Part shown: in pieces, positions 23,690 through 37,090 of the stretch
How the letters are laid out: each line of letters opens with the position of its first letter
Numbering within the stretch: position 1 is the first letter of the stretch
From: Phoronis australis
Taxonomy: Eukaryota > Animalia > Phoronida
Length of the DNA stretch: 64,000 nucleotides
Direction: 5' to 3'
NCBI GenBank assembly: GCA_002633005.1
Contig: NMRA01000054.1
Span: 1,162,927-1,226,926 of the forward strand
Position numbers and translations under genes: made by a program
Notes under the pieces: model-generated
Databases searched by the model: none
Seen by the model: the letters and a program-made list of their open reading frames with translations, nothing else
Told to the model about the DNA's origin: nothing

Positions 23690-26070
23690 ACTGCGGTGTT
23701 TTTTCAGCCTGGTAACCCAAGTCATCCACAAATCTCTTCCTCTCCCTCCCTGTCATAGCCAGCATATGTAGCGCCCGCCAAACATATTGACCTACGAAAC
23801 ATCTTCCACGGGAAAACAGCTCATTGTCCAGCCGTTCTTCGGCCGCCTCTCGACCTGATCTTGGTATTTTTCGTGAGATTCTTCATACGCTCCTCCCACG
23901 GCACAGTCAACACCAGCAGCATCACTTGCTTGGTTAGTCTTAACGACATTACTATGTTTGGACGAAGGGTTGTCTCGAATACTTCGGATGGAAAACCAGT
24001 CCCTTGTGCACACCCACTGCCAACTTCCCATCCCCTGCTGTACCCAAAATGCCGCTTCTCTAATGTTATTGCTTCCCAGCGTTACGCCCTTCGCGTACGA
24101 AACCAGTGAATATTGGGCCTCTTGTCACCCTACGGTCCTTCTTCAGCTTCTTCTCTAGGTCTTCTCTCACCACTGCTAAGACTTTGTCGTGTCTCCAAGT
24201 GTACCCCCCCCTCATGAAAGAGCCACTGGCCATGACAACACGTGCTCTACATTTGCTGGTGCTTTGCACAATCCACGTGAGGTATCCTCTGCGAAAGCCC
24301 ATGTACACAGGTTTGTTGGGCTTGGTAATACACCATACACAGATCTCAGCACAAACTTCAACACACCTTCCTGTATTGCTCAGATTTCCTGCCACTTGAG
24401 GCTTCTCTGCTTGGATCCCTGTCAGTCGAGCCAGTTCCCTTGCTGTTTCATTCCTACTGCTTTAACGACCCTGTCTTCTTCCTCCATAGCTCTTACTTGC
24501 TGTCGGACCTTTCCTCGATTCTCCCTCGCACTTTAAGAGCTCCAGCGTGGTTGCGGTATTAGTCCATGTCCTTGACAGCCTTTTGCTAGCGTGACCACCA
24601 CGCCACTGTATCTAAGTTTCTGCTCAACTAGATCTACTGTTCAGTTGTTGGTTACTTTCTTTGTCACAACTTTGGTTTTGTCTCTCGAGATCTTCTCATC
24701 TCTGCTGTTTGAAAGTCATCACTTGATGCACCTTCCCAAACTTATATTCTTTTCCCACTGACCTCAGTGGCAACTGAAGTTTGGACACTGTAGAAAAAAA
24801 TCCTATGCTGCAGAAAATCCTCGGTACTCTAAGTCATCTCAGGCAAGCACGTCACATTGTTGTCTGTCTTAGACAATGGCACGTCGTAAAACTATAGGGA
24901 CAGCAATATTTGAGATAATACAGCGTGCTGGCATATCCAGGTCTTGGTTGGAAGGTCGCACTTGTCCTCCAAAGTCACCCACTTCTCCACCTAACCTCGA
25001 ACAGCTGACACGTTGACGTCGTCCTAAGGGTACAGACAAACCACTTTCATCGGCTTTTTTACTGATTTCTTGAACACTGTTGGTATGATGTCGCCACCGA
25101 TTACGAAGCGCTCGTTAGTCACCATTTCATTCTTCAGCACTAAGCTTCTCGATTTTAGTGCTTTAAACTTCATCCTCGCCCAGTCCTTAAGGTTATCTAA
25201 CACCCATTTCCTATTAATAAATGTGTTCGTTGTTATTGTCATATTCTCCACGGATGCTCTAGTTGGTAGTTGTCGAACTCCTGATTCCATCCAAGGCCCT
25301 CTGCACTTCTTTGAACTAACTTCACCAACAGAATCATTGCTGCTAAAAACTATATCACAGATACTGTGCAACCTGTAACGATTGTGACGTGTAGTCTCTG
25401 TCAACTTGTTTTTAGTCATTAACCGACAATGTCATTTTGAAATGTAGAAACGACCTTGCAACATCACTTGGATCTTATGTTGAATCTTGTACATCTATAG
25501 AGTAAGCATCACGGGCTTGTGTGGAATTGAGCCGTACGCATTTGCAAGATCTAGCCATAACACAACCAAGTCTGACTTATTCTCTTTTGCTTCTTTGACG
25601 ATCTGGGTCAGTACACCTCTGTGCTCCAGGCACCCCAATATTCCCAGCGACGCCACCTATCTAAATTGTTATATCGATGTAGTTGTTCGCCATCATACTC
25701 AGTTGTTATTTCTGCCTCAACTGCCAAAAATATCGTCCCTTCTACTACATTCAACAACGAGATGGTCCTGAACTGTTGCAACCCATGAGTATTTTATTCT
25801 TTGGCATAAAGCTTCCTTCTACATTGTAGACGTGTTCCGCTTGCTGTCCCCGTCTCCAAAGCACTCTAAAGAGTTTGCACAATGTTCTTCTTAACTTAGG
25901 ACAGCACATGTACAATTTCCAGCGCACTTTGCTTGGCTAGCTCTTCTTGCTCTTAAACTCCTGCTATTTGAAACCCCCTTTCAGTTGTTTCAAGTCACGT
26001 CTGATTTCAGCTATCTCTGTATATATCCTGTTCTTCTGGTGTCGCCCTCTACCACTCCTGCGTTGTAAAT
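23690..26070 (-). mobile_element. Degraded RLE-type non-LTR retrotransposon (R2/NeSL/HERO-like)
   Basis: RT motif KSDLVVLWLDLANAYGSIPHK at ~25515-25575; post-zinc-knuckle YTWRHDKVLAVV; restriction-like endonuclease region TLRPNIV...LLVLTVPWEE...GWTMSCFPVE. Confidence 0.8.
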
Positions 26071-26519
26071 CAAAGTTTTTGGTGCCTTCACGTTTCCTAA
26101 ATAATTATATCGCAAATATGACAGGTTTAAAAATATTCGTTTATGATATTCTAAGAACCAAAAATATTATAAAAATACGAATAAAACCATGGCGTAATAG
26201 TAACATAAAAACGAAATGAACCAGAGAGATTATATTAAGAACTAGTTATACCAGCAAGGAAATAATTTGCATGATCCTAACTATTTCTGCCATATAAAGG
26301 CAAAGATTTTAGAATATGGATCTCAAAATTACTGTGAAGAATTTAGTCAGACATTCATACAAAATAATTCATCTTTATATTTTAATTGAACCTACTAATA
26401 AAAAAATAATTGCAGGCGATCTCATACTGCAAAAAGAAAATGAACTTGTTCAAATTTTTGACTTGGTCGACCACTTTGTCGATGTTCAACACTAAGGATC
26501 TATTTCAATGACCATGAAA

Positions 26520-26760
26520 CATTCCTGTTAACAAGGGGCTGAGACTAATTGGCCATTCACTTTGGGTCTATCCCTGGCTCTCGACGAATATTTTGAACTT
26601 TTCCAGGCAGTTTACTGCTTTTCGTCAAACTTGGGCAGTTTAGGTTTGACGCCACCAGTTGTCCTCGCAGGGTTACTCTCAGCTGCAACCTGATTGGATT
26701 TCCGAGATGCTAGCATCCTCTCATTTTCCATTCTTTCTCGCTCATATGTGGTCCGACAAT
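26520..26760 (-). mobile_element. LTR retrotransposon gag fragment (Gypsy-like)
   Basis: Minus strand reads KLPKFDEK...LEKFKIFVESQG*TQSEWPISLSPLLTG, resembling a Gypsy gag N-terminal capsid region. Confidence 0.45.
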
Positions 26761-27028
26761 GGCCAAAAATAATAATATTAAGATTCGCAGTCTATTTTTA
26801 CATTACATTTATCCGAAATTTCGACCACAGTTCGATCGCAAACTAATATGACTGACACAACTACGTACACTGCCGCTAGAAACATCACTGGATATTTATA
26901 TAACAAAAGACATTGAGACGACGGCGACTGTCGTAACAAGGTAACTAGACTGAAAACTCGAATGAAACGAACTAAAATGGTTCAGCTGTAGTAATAATAA
27001 TCTTAACTTAAGTCTCTGCCCTATAACA

Positions 27029-29330
27029 TCCCCCCTCTTAATGGGCAACCCATCGACACAAAGTCCAAGATCAACGTGGCTCACAGTTCAACGCCAAAAG
27101 TCAGATCTTCGTAACCGGTCTTACTAGCACCTTTTTCCCAACTCTAATCTTGATAGACCGGACATGTCCATCTGTTCCATGGTAGACTTTGATGACTCGT
27201 CCCAGAGGCCAATGTGCTCTTGGCGAATCTGGAAGAAGACCTGGAACGACGTCGTCAATCTTGATTTGTTTTTTTAAGAATGCCACCAGTCGGCATCACG
27301 ATTCAATGTTGGCAACCAAACTCGAAGCCAATGACTCCAAGAATGCCTTACCAAGTCTTGAACTCGTCTCCAACTGATTCTTAAGCTTAAGTGTGCAGCA
27401 TCTACCGACTCTGGCGCGAACTCACCACCAACCTGGTCAAACAAAAGGTGATTTGGCGTCAATGGGACATCATCTGATGGGTGAGACGACTGGTAACTTA
27501 ATAGCCGCGAGTTTATGAATGCCTCAGCTCCAGTAAACGCCGTGACTAATTCTTCATCTGCAATAAGCCTGTGAAAGTGTATCATAGGTAGCTCGTTTCT
27601 CAGCCTTGATGATGGTGTTATGTACTCATCCAAAGCAGAGTCAAGGGTCGGTTGGAACGCCATTGTATTCTTTTTGTCTGCTGATCTGTCGATGATGTCT
27701 TTGTCTAGCTTGTTTCCAAGCTCTCGTTCGTCTCCAATGAAGTTACTTCCGTTGTCTGACAAAACCTATAGCGATCGACCACTTCTATTCACCGTGCGAA
27801 AGAAAGCGTTCAAAAATAAGTCAATGTTCATAGTGTAAGACATCTCTAAATTGACGGCTCTAGATAACAAGCATGTGAAGAAGCATAAAAAACGCTTGAT
27901 TCTTCGCATAATCAACTGCGACTCTTGCAAAGGCTCACAGTTGCAAAATCAGTCGAATATTCGGAAGTGGTGTCATGATCTGAGAGGCATATCCAGCCTC
28001 GCGTCTTCGACACCCATAACACGCTCTTTCCCATTCACAAATCTGTCCCCTGTCTTGCAATATCCAGAAGCGGTGCCACAGTGAATCCAATGTCTGGTAA
28101 GTTCCTGCCTTATGATATCCCTTTCTCGTGAAGATACTTTACAAGTACCTTAGTCGTGCAGCTCTTCCTGGGCAGCATGCACCAATCGACCATTCGATCA
28201 CAGTACACCATCATCATTATGCTTCAGTTAGGATTTTAAAGTTCTGCTCCTGAAATCTGTTGATTCCTCAACTCTCCATGCCATCTGAGTTGCACAGGCA
28301 CCTGACAGTTGTTTAGAAAACTACGAGCCCACGCCCGAACTCACAACAGTCTTTGCCAGCTAGAAAGCCTCTCAGGCTGAGTCTCCAAGTTCCATCTTTG
28401 ACGACCGATAATATGACATGGTTGCTTTTCGAGCTCGGGGAAATCTTGGTCTCATGCCACTCTGACTGTTATAGCTTCAAGAACCCAGGACCGTTCCACC
28501 ACAGCATACTTCTCCTTGGATCTTGAAAGGACATTCCTCTTGTTGTTAGATCTGCTGGATATACATAATACATAATACATGCTTAGCTAAGTGCTAATAC
28601 ATCCTGGGCCTAGTCTCCTGGTTCTGTACTCATACCCATATTCATACTCGAGATTTCATACTTGAAATCCGGCTCACTAGAGTCATATTCGAAAAAGCGT
28701 ATTTCATGTCGCATTTCAAATAGACTCAAGGCTGTTTAAAACATGGAACTGTGCCGCAACTTTTTTAAATTACTGCTTCGCTCTTCTGAAAGACGATGTT
28801 TTGCTGTTGCACTGGCAAAATCTGTCAACCTTGAATCACCATAAAGCGTAAATGTGGCAAAAATGCACTTTAGCTTGGTTGAACTGGTATTCGCTTGGCA
28901 GCTTCGCCTGATCAATATCTCTGCACAGGGATGTGTGGTACCATCTTGCTAGCGGTTATTCCGATGCGTCGATATATCTCTGCTATGTCACAGACGAGTG
29001 CAACTTGAAATCGACGAAATCGATTCAGCACGTCAAACAAATCTCGCTGCAATCTTGGCCCCTTGTGTATCATGTTGTTCAAACACGATGCGAACTTCGA
29101 CCATATTCTTGTCTGGACGCACGATCGGGAAATGTAGCAAATATCAAACGTCTTTTCTTGCTTTTTCTTCGATGGAAGTAGACGACTCCCTGTTTGAGAC
29201 GTATCATTTCCTCATCGTCTTCGAATATTTACTTCTTTTGTTTAGATCTATCTTCAATCGACTTTCTGTGTGTTCTTTAATCTCTTCATTACAGTGTTGT
29301 AATTATCAGGCAAGTCTTGTCTGTTCTTCT
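27029..29330 (-). mobile_element. Degraded BEL/Pao LTR retrotransposon: integrase, C-terminal domain and PPT
   Basis: SDNGSNFIG; EAFINSRLL...DDVPLTPNHLL; WRRVQDLVRHSWSHWLRVWLPTL; PRAHWPLGRVIKVYHGTDGHVRSIKIRVG..LVRPVTKI. The polypurine tract aagagggggga (27029-27039, minus strand) abuts TGTTATAG, the likely 3' LTR start at 27028. The 5' boundary is approximate. Confidence 0.85.
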
Positions 29331-29340
29331 TCCATGACAT

Positions 29341-29645
29341 CATAGACTATAGTACATGGACCGCCAAATCCGTATACTTTCAATGGACGAAATCTGTGAT
29401 CTTACGCATAAGCCCATACGTCATTATCCACTGGCGACACCTGACTAAATTTTCTGTTGTTCGGCCACACAGGCGAAATGTTAGCTTTCATACCATCCGA
29501 AGATCCCATAATCGGCTGTGGGAAGAAAAGCTTATTTCTCGTGTCAACGTGAATGGCAGTTGTTTCAGCAATAAGACTTTATGCATTTGTTCTGAATGGC
29601 ACTTTGAAGATGAACGTTTTTAAGAGGCTCTGGTAGGCCTACTAC
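29341..29645 (+). mobile_element. 5' end of a THAP-domain DNA transposon, interrupted by the TTAA element
   Basis: Begins catagactatagtacatggaccgcc (a similar sequence occurs at ~4047). Encodes THAP-like VSFHTIRR...LW...ISRVN...CICSEWHFEDERF. Confidence 0.5.
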
Positions 29646-29649
29646 TTAA

Positions 29650-31333
29650 AGGAGCATGCCACCCAAAAACAAGCTAATTTGTATCAATTTAGGTCGAGTA
29701 GTTCTACTCCATAACGACACGTACGGTTGCGTTACCTGACACCTGACGGCAGACGGAGGTGTTGAAATTATCCAATGAAGTCATCGGTTTCACATGCAGT
29801 CTGTTCAGCAGTTCACAACACGGGTTACTGGTGTCAGCTTATCGCTTGAAGTCTTCGTTTAACACCAATAAATCATCAAACTTCGATGTAAAACCATGAA
29901 AAATACACCGAGCTCTTATAAAAACGTGTTGTTTTATTTCGCTCTTACGGATTTAATGGTATTTGGACACACCGTAGCCTACAAAATTCGGCAGGCCAGT
30001 AAGGTCAGTAGCAGGAGTTTGGGGTCTGTTCGCAAATGATTTCGAAGTATTCTCCGTGAGATACAGACAAGAGAACCCAGATCTGTGTTGTTTAGACTTG
30101 TGACTTTTTGAGTTCTAAACACCAAACGCTTGTTATCCTGGCCAGTGGGTCGGAGCCCGATCAGTCCCGTAGCGGCCGGCCGGATTGACTCGGTCCCGGC
30201 CAGTGGCTCGGAAACTAATCAGACATCACGAACATAAACCAGCCAAAATTCAGTGGAAACTAAACTTCCAGTCAAGAAAATACTCTACTAGTGAGCCAAA
30301 GTAATGTGCACGTGATTATGTTGGTGAATTAGCCACGAAACTGCAAATCTACTTACTCGTCGGGGGCCGCGAATTAAGGTTCCACTTTGGTCACAGCACC
30401 GTTAGGACAGAAGTTAAACATTGACAATCATTATTTCAGTAATGTAAATGTAAATAAAGATTCCCCTAAAACTTGGCCGTAGGATGGAAATCGAGTTGTT
30501 TCACAACAGTTTCTGCCAGCAAACACTAAATTAGCATGAGCTCACACGGCCTCGGCGTCCCGTCAATTAGTTTTATTGCACCTAAAGACGGTAACGCAGT
30601 GATTTATTCATTGCTGGCTTCTCAAATCATTTGCACTCACGAACACTCCAAAGGCATTACAAATTGCATCTAATGAGACAGACTTTGTTTCAGTTTTATA
30701 TAAGTATTGGTTAGGGTGAGAATAATTCATTTTGAAACAGAACGCTCACTCAGCTGTAATAAACGCCAACATGGCAACTCGCAATCCGACTTAGGACGAG
30801 CTAGAGCTCATCGGTTCCGACTTCGCAGGTGGATCGTTAAGTTTTACAGGCTATCAATTCGAACAGGAATAGAGTGATGAAGAAATACTAGAGAGGCGCC
30901 GTGAACAAGCTCAGACAATGGAACGTATGGAGTTATTTGGTGAGCCGGCATTCGTCAGGCAATGTCGACGTCTGCAGGCCACAGACACGAAGATGTTTCA
31001 CGGCCTCATACTTGCTGTTTACAGCGTACATTTCACTCTTAACTACTTTGAGCCACTTTCTAAGCATTTCGGACTCTCGAGGAAGTAAAAAAAAAAACGA
31101 TATACCCGCTTTCCTCGCAGCTGCTTAGTTTGCACAAGCGGGAACGATGCATCGCGACATAGCGGCATTCACTCTGCATATGAACCACTGACATCGCTAG
31201 CGTTGTTTCTCACCTTCCTCACAGCTTAACGCGACACCTCTTGGCAAGATAAGGTCGATCGTATGCGAGGCGATGTGGAAATAGACCGATTACGACGGCA
31301 AAAAAGACTAATTAAATCGGGTGGCATTCTCCT
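29650..31333 (-). mobile_element. Non-autonomous TTAA-flanked DNA transposon of the same family as 19893-22796
   Basis: Ends ttaa|aggagcatgccaccc ... gggtggcattctcct|ttaa. 30715-31333 is the reverse complement of 19893-20525 (THAP end); 29650-30220 is the reverse complement of 15480-16028. Confidence 0.85.
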
Positions 31334-34214
31334 TTAATCCTGTCTTCACAAGTCCATTTTTGTTATCTCCGTTTTGATGAAAATTATCTGGTAATCTTTT
31401 TGACGAAAATTGTCCGCTAAATTTCTTCCAAAGGTAGTGACTCAAGAACTCCTGTCCTTACGAGGAACTTCAGCCATAGTCTAGTGAGCGAATTAACCAA
31501 ATTACTCTTCGCTGGTCTCAGCAGAATGCGCACATTTGGCCAGGATTTGGACCAGCGATTTCAACAAATTCACATTCGTGTATAAATATATAGAACGCTG
31601 GTAAAACCTTTAACATAAATAAAGATTACATTAATACTAGTCAAAATCTACCTCGCAATTCAACAGCAGGTTACACACTCATGTCCAATATATGCCGCAC
31701 AAAATCTCGCGATTTGCAGCCTATTAAAATGCAACCAACTTCTTTGAAAACATGGAACAGGAAATTACACCAGAGAGGTGTGAAGGTTGTTTTTATTCTT
31801 CAATGTTAAATTTTTGTAGGCGGACAAATGGTTTTTAAATTTCCGCCTTAAGTCCTAACATTTCCAAACTTAAGCCGTTCAAACGAACGTTTATGACGAA
31901 AACAAAATTCTTCAACCAGTTTTGTAAAGTCCTATGCCACCTGTTGGGTACATAATGAACCAATCCCACTCCTAATGTAACAAAAGGGTCCCGTGCATAC
32001 AGGATATTAAGTATTGCCCTCCTGAAATATTACTGTATTCACCCTAATAGTGAAGCGGCCAGGACGATTAGAAAAATCCGCTTCAGGAAGGGGGGGCGCA
32101 TAGCATAGACCAAAAGTGGTTAAAACCCGGTCTCCGAAACAAGTGAAATCGTAAGCTAGAATTCATCAAATTTACGCTCTGTGACGCATCTGTAACCTAT
32201 GACAGAGTTTCTCCAAAACTGAACTGCATTGCTATCAAACTTTGTTGTTAACTTACGAGCATTTTCCAGAAAATCCCACTGCCAAAAATTGCCGTGAATC
32301 AGGTTTCAAGCTCCTCAGCTTGGTCTAACTATATATTAATGAACCATAAAAATGGTTCCAAGTGATCAATGCAATGGGCCCACATGCGCTGCCTGCGCAC
32401 GTCTGGTAAAACGTGTATCATGCAGCCCCTGATTTGAACAAAGGTATCGTTTTTTAATTTTGGTCCGGTATAAATAACGCCACAGACCTGGAAATCCAGC
32501 GAAACACTTCTACCCTACAATTCTGACAATCCCTAGTCTCAGAAAATTTGAGCACTCAGCAAAAGATACTAATGATGAAATTCCGGTGATAATAATCACT
32601 TACTTTGTTTATTTACTTCACCTATAGTTGGTAAAATGAAGCCCATTCGAGCAAAATAAATCATGTGACGTAATTGGCGAAAGCCGACTCACAAGAGCGC
32701 ATTTCAAATTTAGCAGTAGATCATCGGTAGAACGCCAATTTTCCAACACCCTTGAATAATTTGGTTTACTCAAAGAAGAGCGGTGTAGCTTTTAAGTGGC
32801 ACTACTTTTGTGTCGGATTTTATTTAGTCATTTTTACCCACATCGGCGCAAAGCTGTAAGTTTTGTATACAGCTTTGCACCAAAGTCTAGAACAAATCTG
32901 ATCGGGAATTTTGTCACCAGTCCTTGTCGTGAATACGAATCTATTTCACGTAGGGCACACGACGGGATAGGCGGGTAAGTTCCACAAATGTATAACAAGA
33001 CCTCTTCATCGCTGCATCCTTACGCAACGTGGCCCAGAAGCCTACGTCAGAGAAATGTCACTCAGCTGTTACGCAGTGAGACTTAGGAGAAATTTCGTTC
33101 CACTTTACGCTGTTTGGTTAAGAATTTCTCTGGGAGCGCTCGAAGGGTCTACGAATTATGGGTGGTGTAATTTACGTCGCAATTAATTATTTCATGTAGT
33201 ATGAAAGCAACAAAAACTATATTTTATTAAAAATAACTGTATTTCTGGTGTCAAGAGGTCGTTTTGGACTCTGGAGGCTATCTTTAAGATCAAGAAAACT
33301 TATAACCATGTGATGTAATGACAATGCTTTTCTCAAAACTAAAAAGATTATCTGCATTTTATTTTCCTTGTCGTTGTGTAACTAACACATACATATCATG
33401 TTTCATCGCAGTTTTACAATCAGAATATACATGTTGATTGGGAATTTGGAGAGGTTATCTTTTAAAGTTTTGTCAAGGTTTGAAAGTGCAGCCCAGCAAG
33501 AAATTGCCAACTGACAACAGTTCCAAGAGGTTAATTGTATCCACAGAAACATTACATCAATGTATTCATATTCCAATAGCTTTTTCTTCCCTGCTGTGGT
33601 GCACAACATGTAAAATATACATGCATAAAACACCAACCTCACTGTTCAATTATTTTTCATATTTAAACTTAAATGTGTGCTTGAGTTAACCTGCACCTAT
33701 TCGTATTTGGTTAGCTCAAAGCTAAGAGTTACTTAAGCTTAAGCATAGTTAAAACCATTGTTTCCATCAAAACACAACATTGTTATAATTATGCTCAAAA
33801 TGAAACTGCTGTTTTATGATTTCCCAAAATTAGAGAAATTTTCTGCAATGTCCAAAGCAGACGGATTTTGTCTTAACTCGGCCAAAATGTTAGTGTGTCA
33901 AGAAATTTTCATTGGCAAATTCGAGTTTAGTACCCTTTTAAATAGTTTTTACAATTAAATTCACTGTATATAAATGTTTATTCTGTATAAGTCGAAACAA
34001 TGTGTTACTGCTATTGATCAAGCGACCAGTGAAAAATAATTAACAAATTCACATACAGTTTTAATTTTAGTTTTAATTCTATCAAAACCGACTTAGAATA
34101 TGTCATATGGATTTCATTAAATTTAGAAGAACCCTCAACCACTCTGCAACACACATTTGCAACCTTTCCCATCGCACAGGTGTTTTAAAATTCCGCTGGT
34201 TTTTCGCCAGTTGC

Positions 34215-34386
34215 ACGATCGTAATTTACGGCGACATTTCCCCACTTAATTTACGAGAGTAATTATACTGCAACACTTTTGCAATGTAATTTACGCTCGT
34301 AATTAGGGGCGTAATTTCACGGGGACGCTCCTGCAATTTAAATTACGCTCGTAACTACGAGCGTAATTTTACGGCGACACTTTCCC
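34215..34386. repeat. Short degenerate tandem array (aatttacg / ggcgaca motifs)
   Basis: Repeated gtaatttacg, aattacgctcgtaa and acggcgaca units; probably subterminal repeats of a transposon. Confidence 0.45.
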
Positions 34387-35851
34387 TTAACGGCCCACTA
34401 TACAATCAAGGCATTGTACGTCGTCTGTTTTATTTATGGTTGTTGGACGCAGTACCGTCCTCAGACAAAGTATCTGTTGTATGTGTAGGAGCCTCTATCG
34501 ATGATCAAACATCCAGTAATGTTCCAACAAACGATGTCATGTGTAGCCACAAAACACGTAAGTACAGCCAACACAATATCAGGCCAATGGAGAGGTACAC
34601 AGCTTACAAAAAGTGGCAGATACAAGTCAGAGGGCACTGGGTATAAGTCTCAGCATTAACCACATCACAATTGTGTTGTAAGATTCGTCACACAGCGGAA
34701 GGTACTATACACTAAAGAAAGCCAATACATGAACAAAGCAATGTCACGATAACCAGATTGAAGATTAATATGAAGTTAAAAACGCAGGAAAATAATAAAA
34801 AAATGTCGTCTCAGTGTCACTATCAATTTCTTCCAATATTTCGATGCACCGCCGTATACACTAGCATCTCGCGGGAATTGTATAACACAACGGTGGCCCG
34901 TACTGACATTTTGTTTTGGTTAGCAGACACACGAATGCTGTTAATTTTTATTTCACTAAACGAAAGAAAATGTGGCGGTAATTTGGCAGTATTCTGCGCG
35001 TGCAATAAAATATCGCAAATACATAATCCTAAGTTTAATCAGTAATTAATAGAAAAACCAGGACTTTGATGGAGGATTTTTTGATTGTAACTCGACCATA
35101 GTTGGATACTAAAATCACATTCACAAAGACAAGTTTCAAATTTGTTTGGCGAACTGACACGCTACAGCTTATGCATGAAGGCCTAAAAATGTACATTGGA
35201 AGCAAAATGAGGATATCATTAACATGGTCAAATTCCAGTTGTTCATATCACCCGTTTTGTTGCTCTTTTGCAGCCTACATTTTTCTTAAAACCGTGGTCT
35301 TCCTCGAAGGGTAAAAGTTCATAATTAATATGATTTTTCTATTGATTGCGTACATGATTTTTATATCTTAACACATGTTAATTACAGTTTTCAGTACATT
35401 ATTTGTGGTAGCAACGCATTAGCCCCGTGCGTACAGGACTATTCATTTTGAGACCTATGAGCAGGTTTCTTGCACTTCACGTTAAAAGTTTGAGATTTCA
35501 CAAGTGTGAGGCACTGTTTCAAGAGTGAAATTAGACACTTGTTTGAATTAAAAGCTGACGTAGACAAAAGCAAGCTAATACGCCTAAAAGTTCGTTACAT
35601 TTGGCAATTTATGAAATTAGTAGGCTCAGAGCGATGGTCTTAACATACTGTAGTAACCAAATTTACATGTGTTACCGTTGAAGATAGGCTTTAAGTGGCA
35701 GATAGATGTATTTTAAACACTGACATTTCTGGACTCCAACATTTCTTGTCTGACTATTCTATTTGTAGGCTGGGCTTTTCAATTCTGTGCGTGTCATTAC
35801 CACTTCGACCAAGCTTGTGAATATGTTATAGTGTTGACGCACATTTTTCAG

Positions 35852-36064
35852 CAACCAACGTGGCCAAAAATAAAAAAGCGATGCAAATGTCAGACCATGA
35901 TTTAGGTCCCGCATGGAAAGCTATAGATGGAAATGACAGTCCGCTTTGGGAACACTCATCTTGCACGCACGTAAAAGATTGGGAGTATCAGCCCTGGTGG
36001 AAGGTGGATTTGTTCGACATTCACCACGTCCATGGAGTCAAAATCACAAACAGACAGGCTGTCG
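35852..36064 (+). CDS. Mosaic gene exon G: F-type lectin domain 2, N-terminal half
   Basis: Acceptor acatttttcag|, donor |gtacgt, 213 nt (same length as exon D), phase 1-1. Encodes TNVAKNKKAMQMSDHDLGPAWKAIDGNDSPLWEHSSCTHVKDWEYQPWWKVDLFDIHHVHGVKITNRQAV. Confidence 0.92.
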
Positions 36065-36375
36065 GTACGTTGTTTTAATTTACACTACTGCGTGATGCCG
36101 TGCGCTTTTCCAGGTGGAAACACCAGCCTTCACTGCGACGTTACTGTTACTCACAATCGAACCCCATACATTTCTGCGACACAGTTTGCGTGATGACATT
36201 GGATTTTTGTCCCATTGCTCTTGGCGTCATTGTGCTTACCTGTTACTGAATATCGGGAATTTGCCTGAGGTTTGTAAAATTTCGTGCTGGTTTTCCACGT
36301 TCAGGCTATATAACTAATTCAGGAATTCACACAGCAAGATTATAATTTTTGTTCAATCTACATGACCCGTCAGAG

Positions 36376-37090
36376 AATAGCGGAGTTGCAACGCCGCCAT
36401 ATTGGAAATGGGTAAGAATGTTGCATTGTGGTTAAGCCAGTAAACAAGTACGTCGGCAAGCGTGGGGGCGAACCGGCCAGAGGGAGGTTATACGTGTTGT
36501 GTGCCTAACACTGGTCGAGTTTTTTATTAGTCTTCGATTCACGGTTTTCACGTGTACAAAGAAGTTTGGATTCCTGATGAGGCCGGAGAAAATCTGTACC
36601 GGACAGAAACAATGCAATCCCGCTGACAAGCACGCTGCGTCTGTTTTCAAAGTCCAGACCCGCGTAGTGGGGCACATCCCTTGCAAGAGCAGCAAAACTT
36701 CTGCGTTCTTATTGAATCGCGGCGTAAGTTTGAAGTGTATACAGACATAAGGGTGAGGCTCGTGGTCTACAAATTCAGGACTGTCGGATCTTTCAATTGA
36801 TAAATTGGAGACGTTAGAACTGTAGGTAAGGGCATTTTTCTCATGTAGTTCATGGGCTGGGTGCTTACCAAAGTCTGAAAACGCGTTGGGGCACTTGTTG
36901 GGGTATGGGCGCTTATTAGGGCGAATAGCGGCAGAATTACATACAGCAGCGTAGTTTAATGCACACAAATCACACGTCGTGCAAACCAATCGGCCATTCC
37001 ATATACCCTAATCAATCCCAATAGCCTTTGAGCACCCTAATTTCCGGACATGCGCAATCGTTAAATCGATTCGGTTGCAACTCCGCTATT
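36376..37090. mobile_element. TIR element with a perfect 17-bp TIR, containing a HIRAN-like coding fragment
   Basis: aatagcggagttgcaac (36376) pairs with gttgcaactccgctatt (ends 37090). Internal NPADKHAASVFKVQTRVVGHIPCKSSKTSAFLLNRG resembles a HIRAN motif. Confidence 0.55.
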
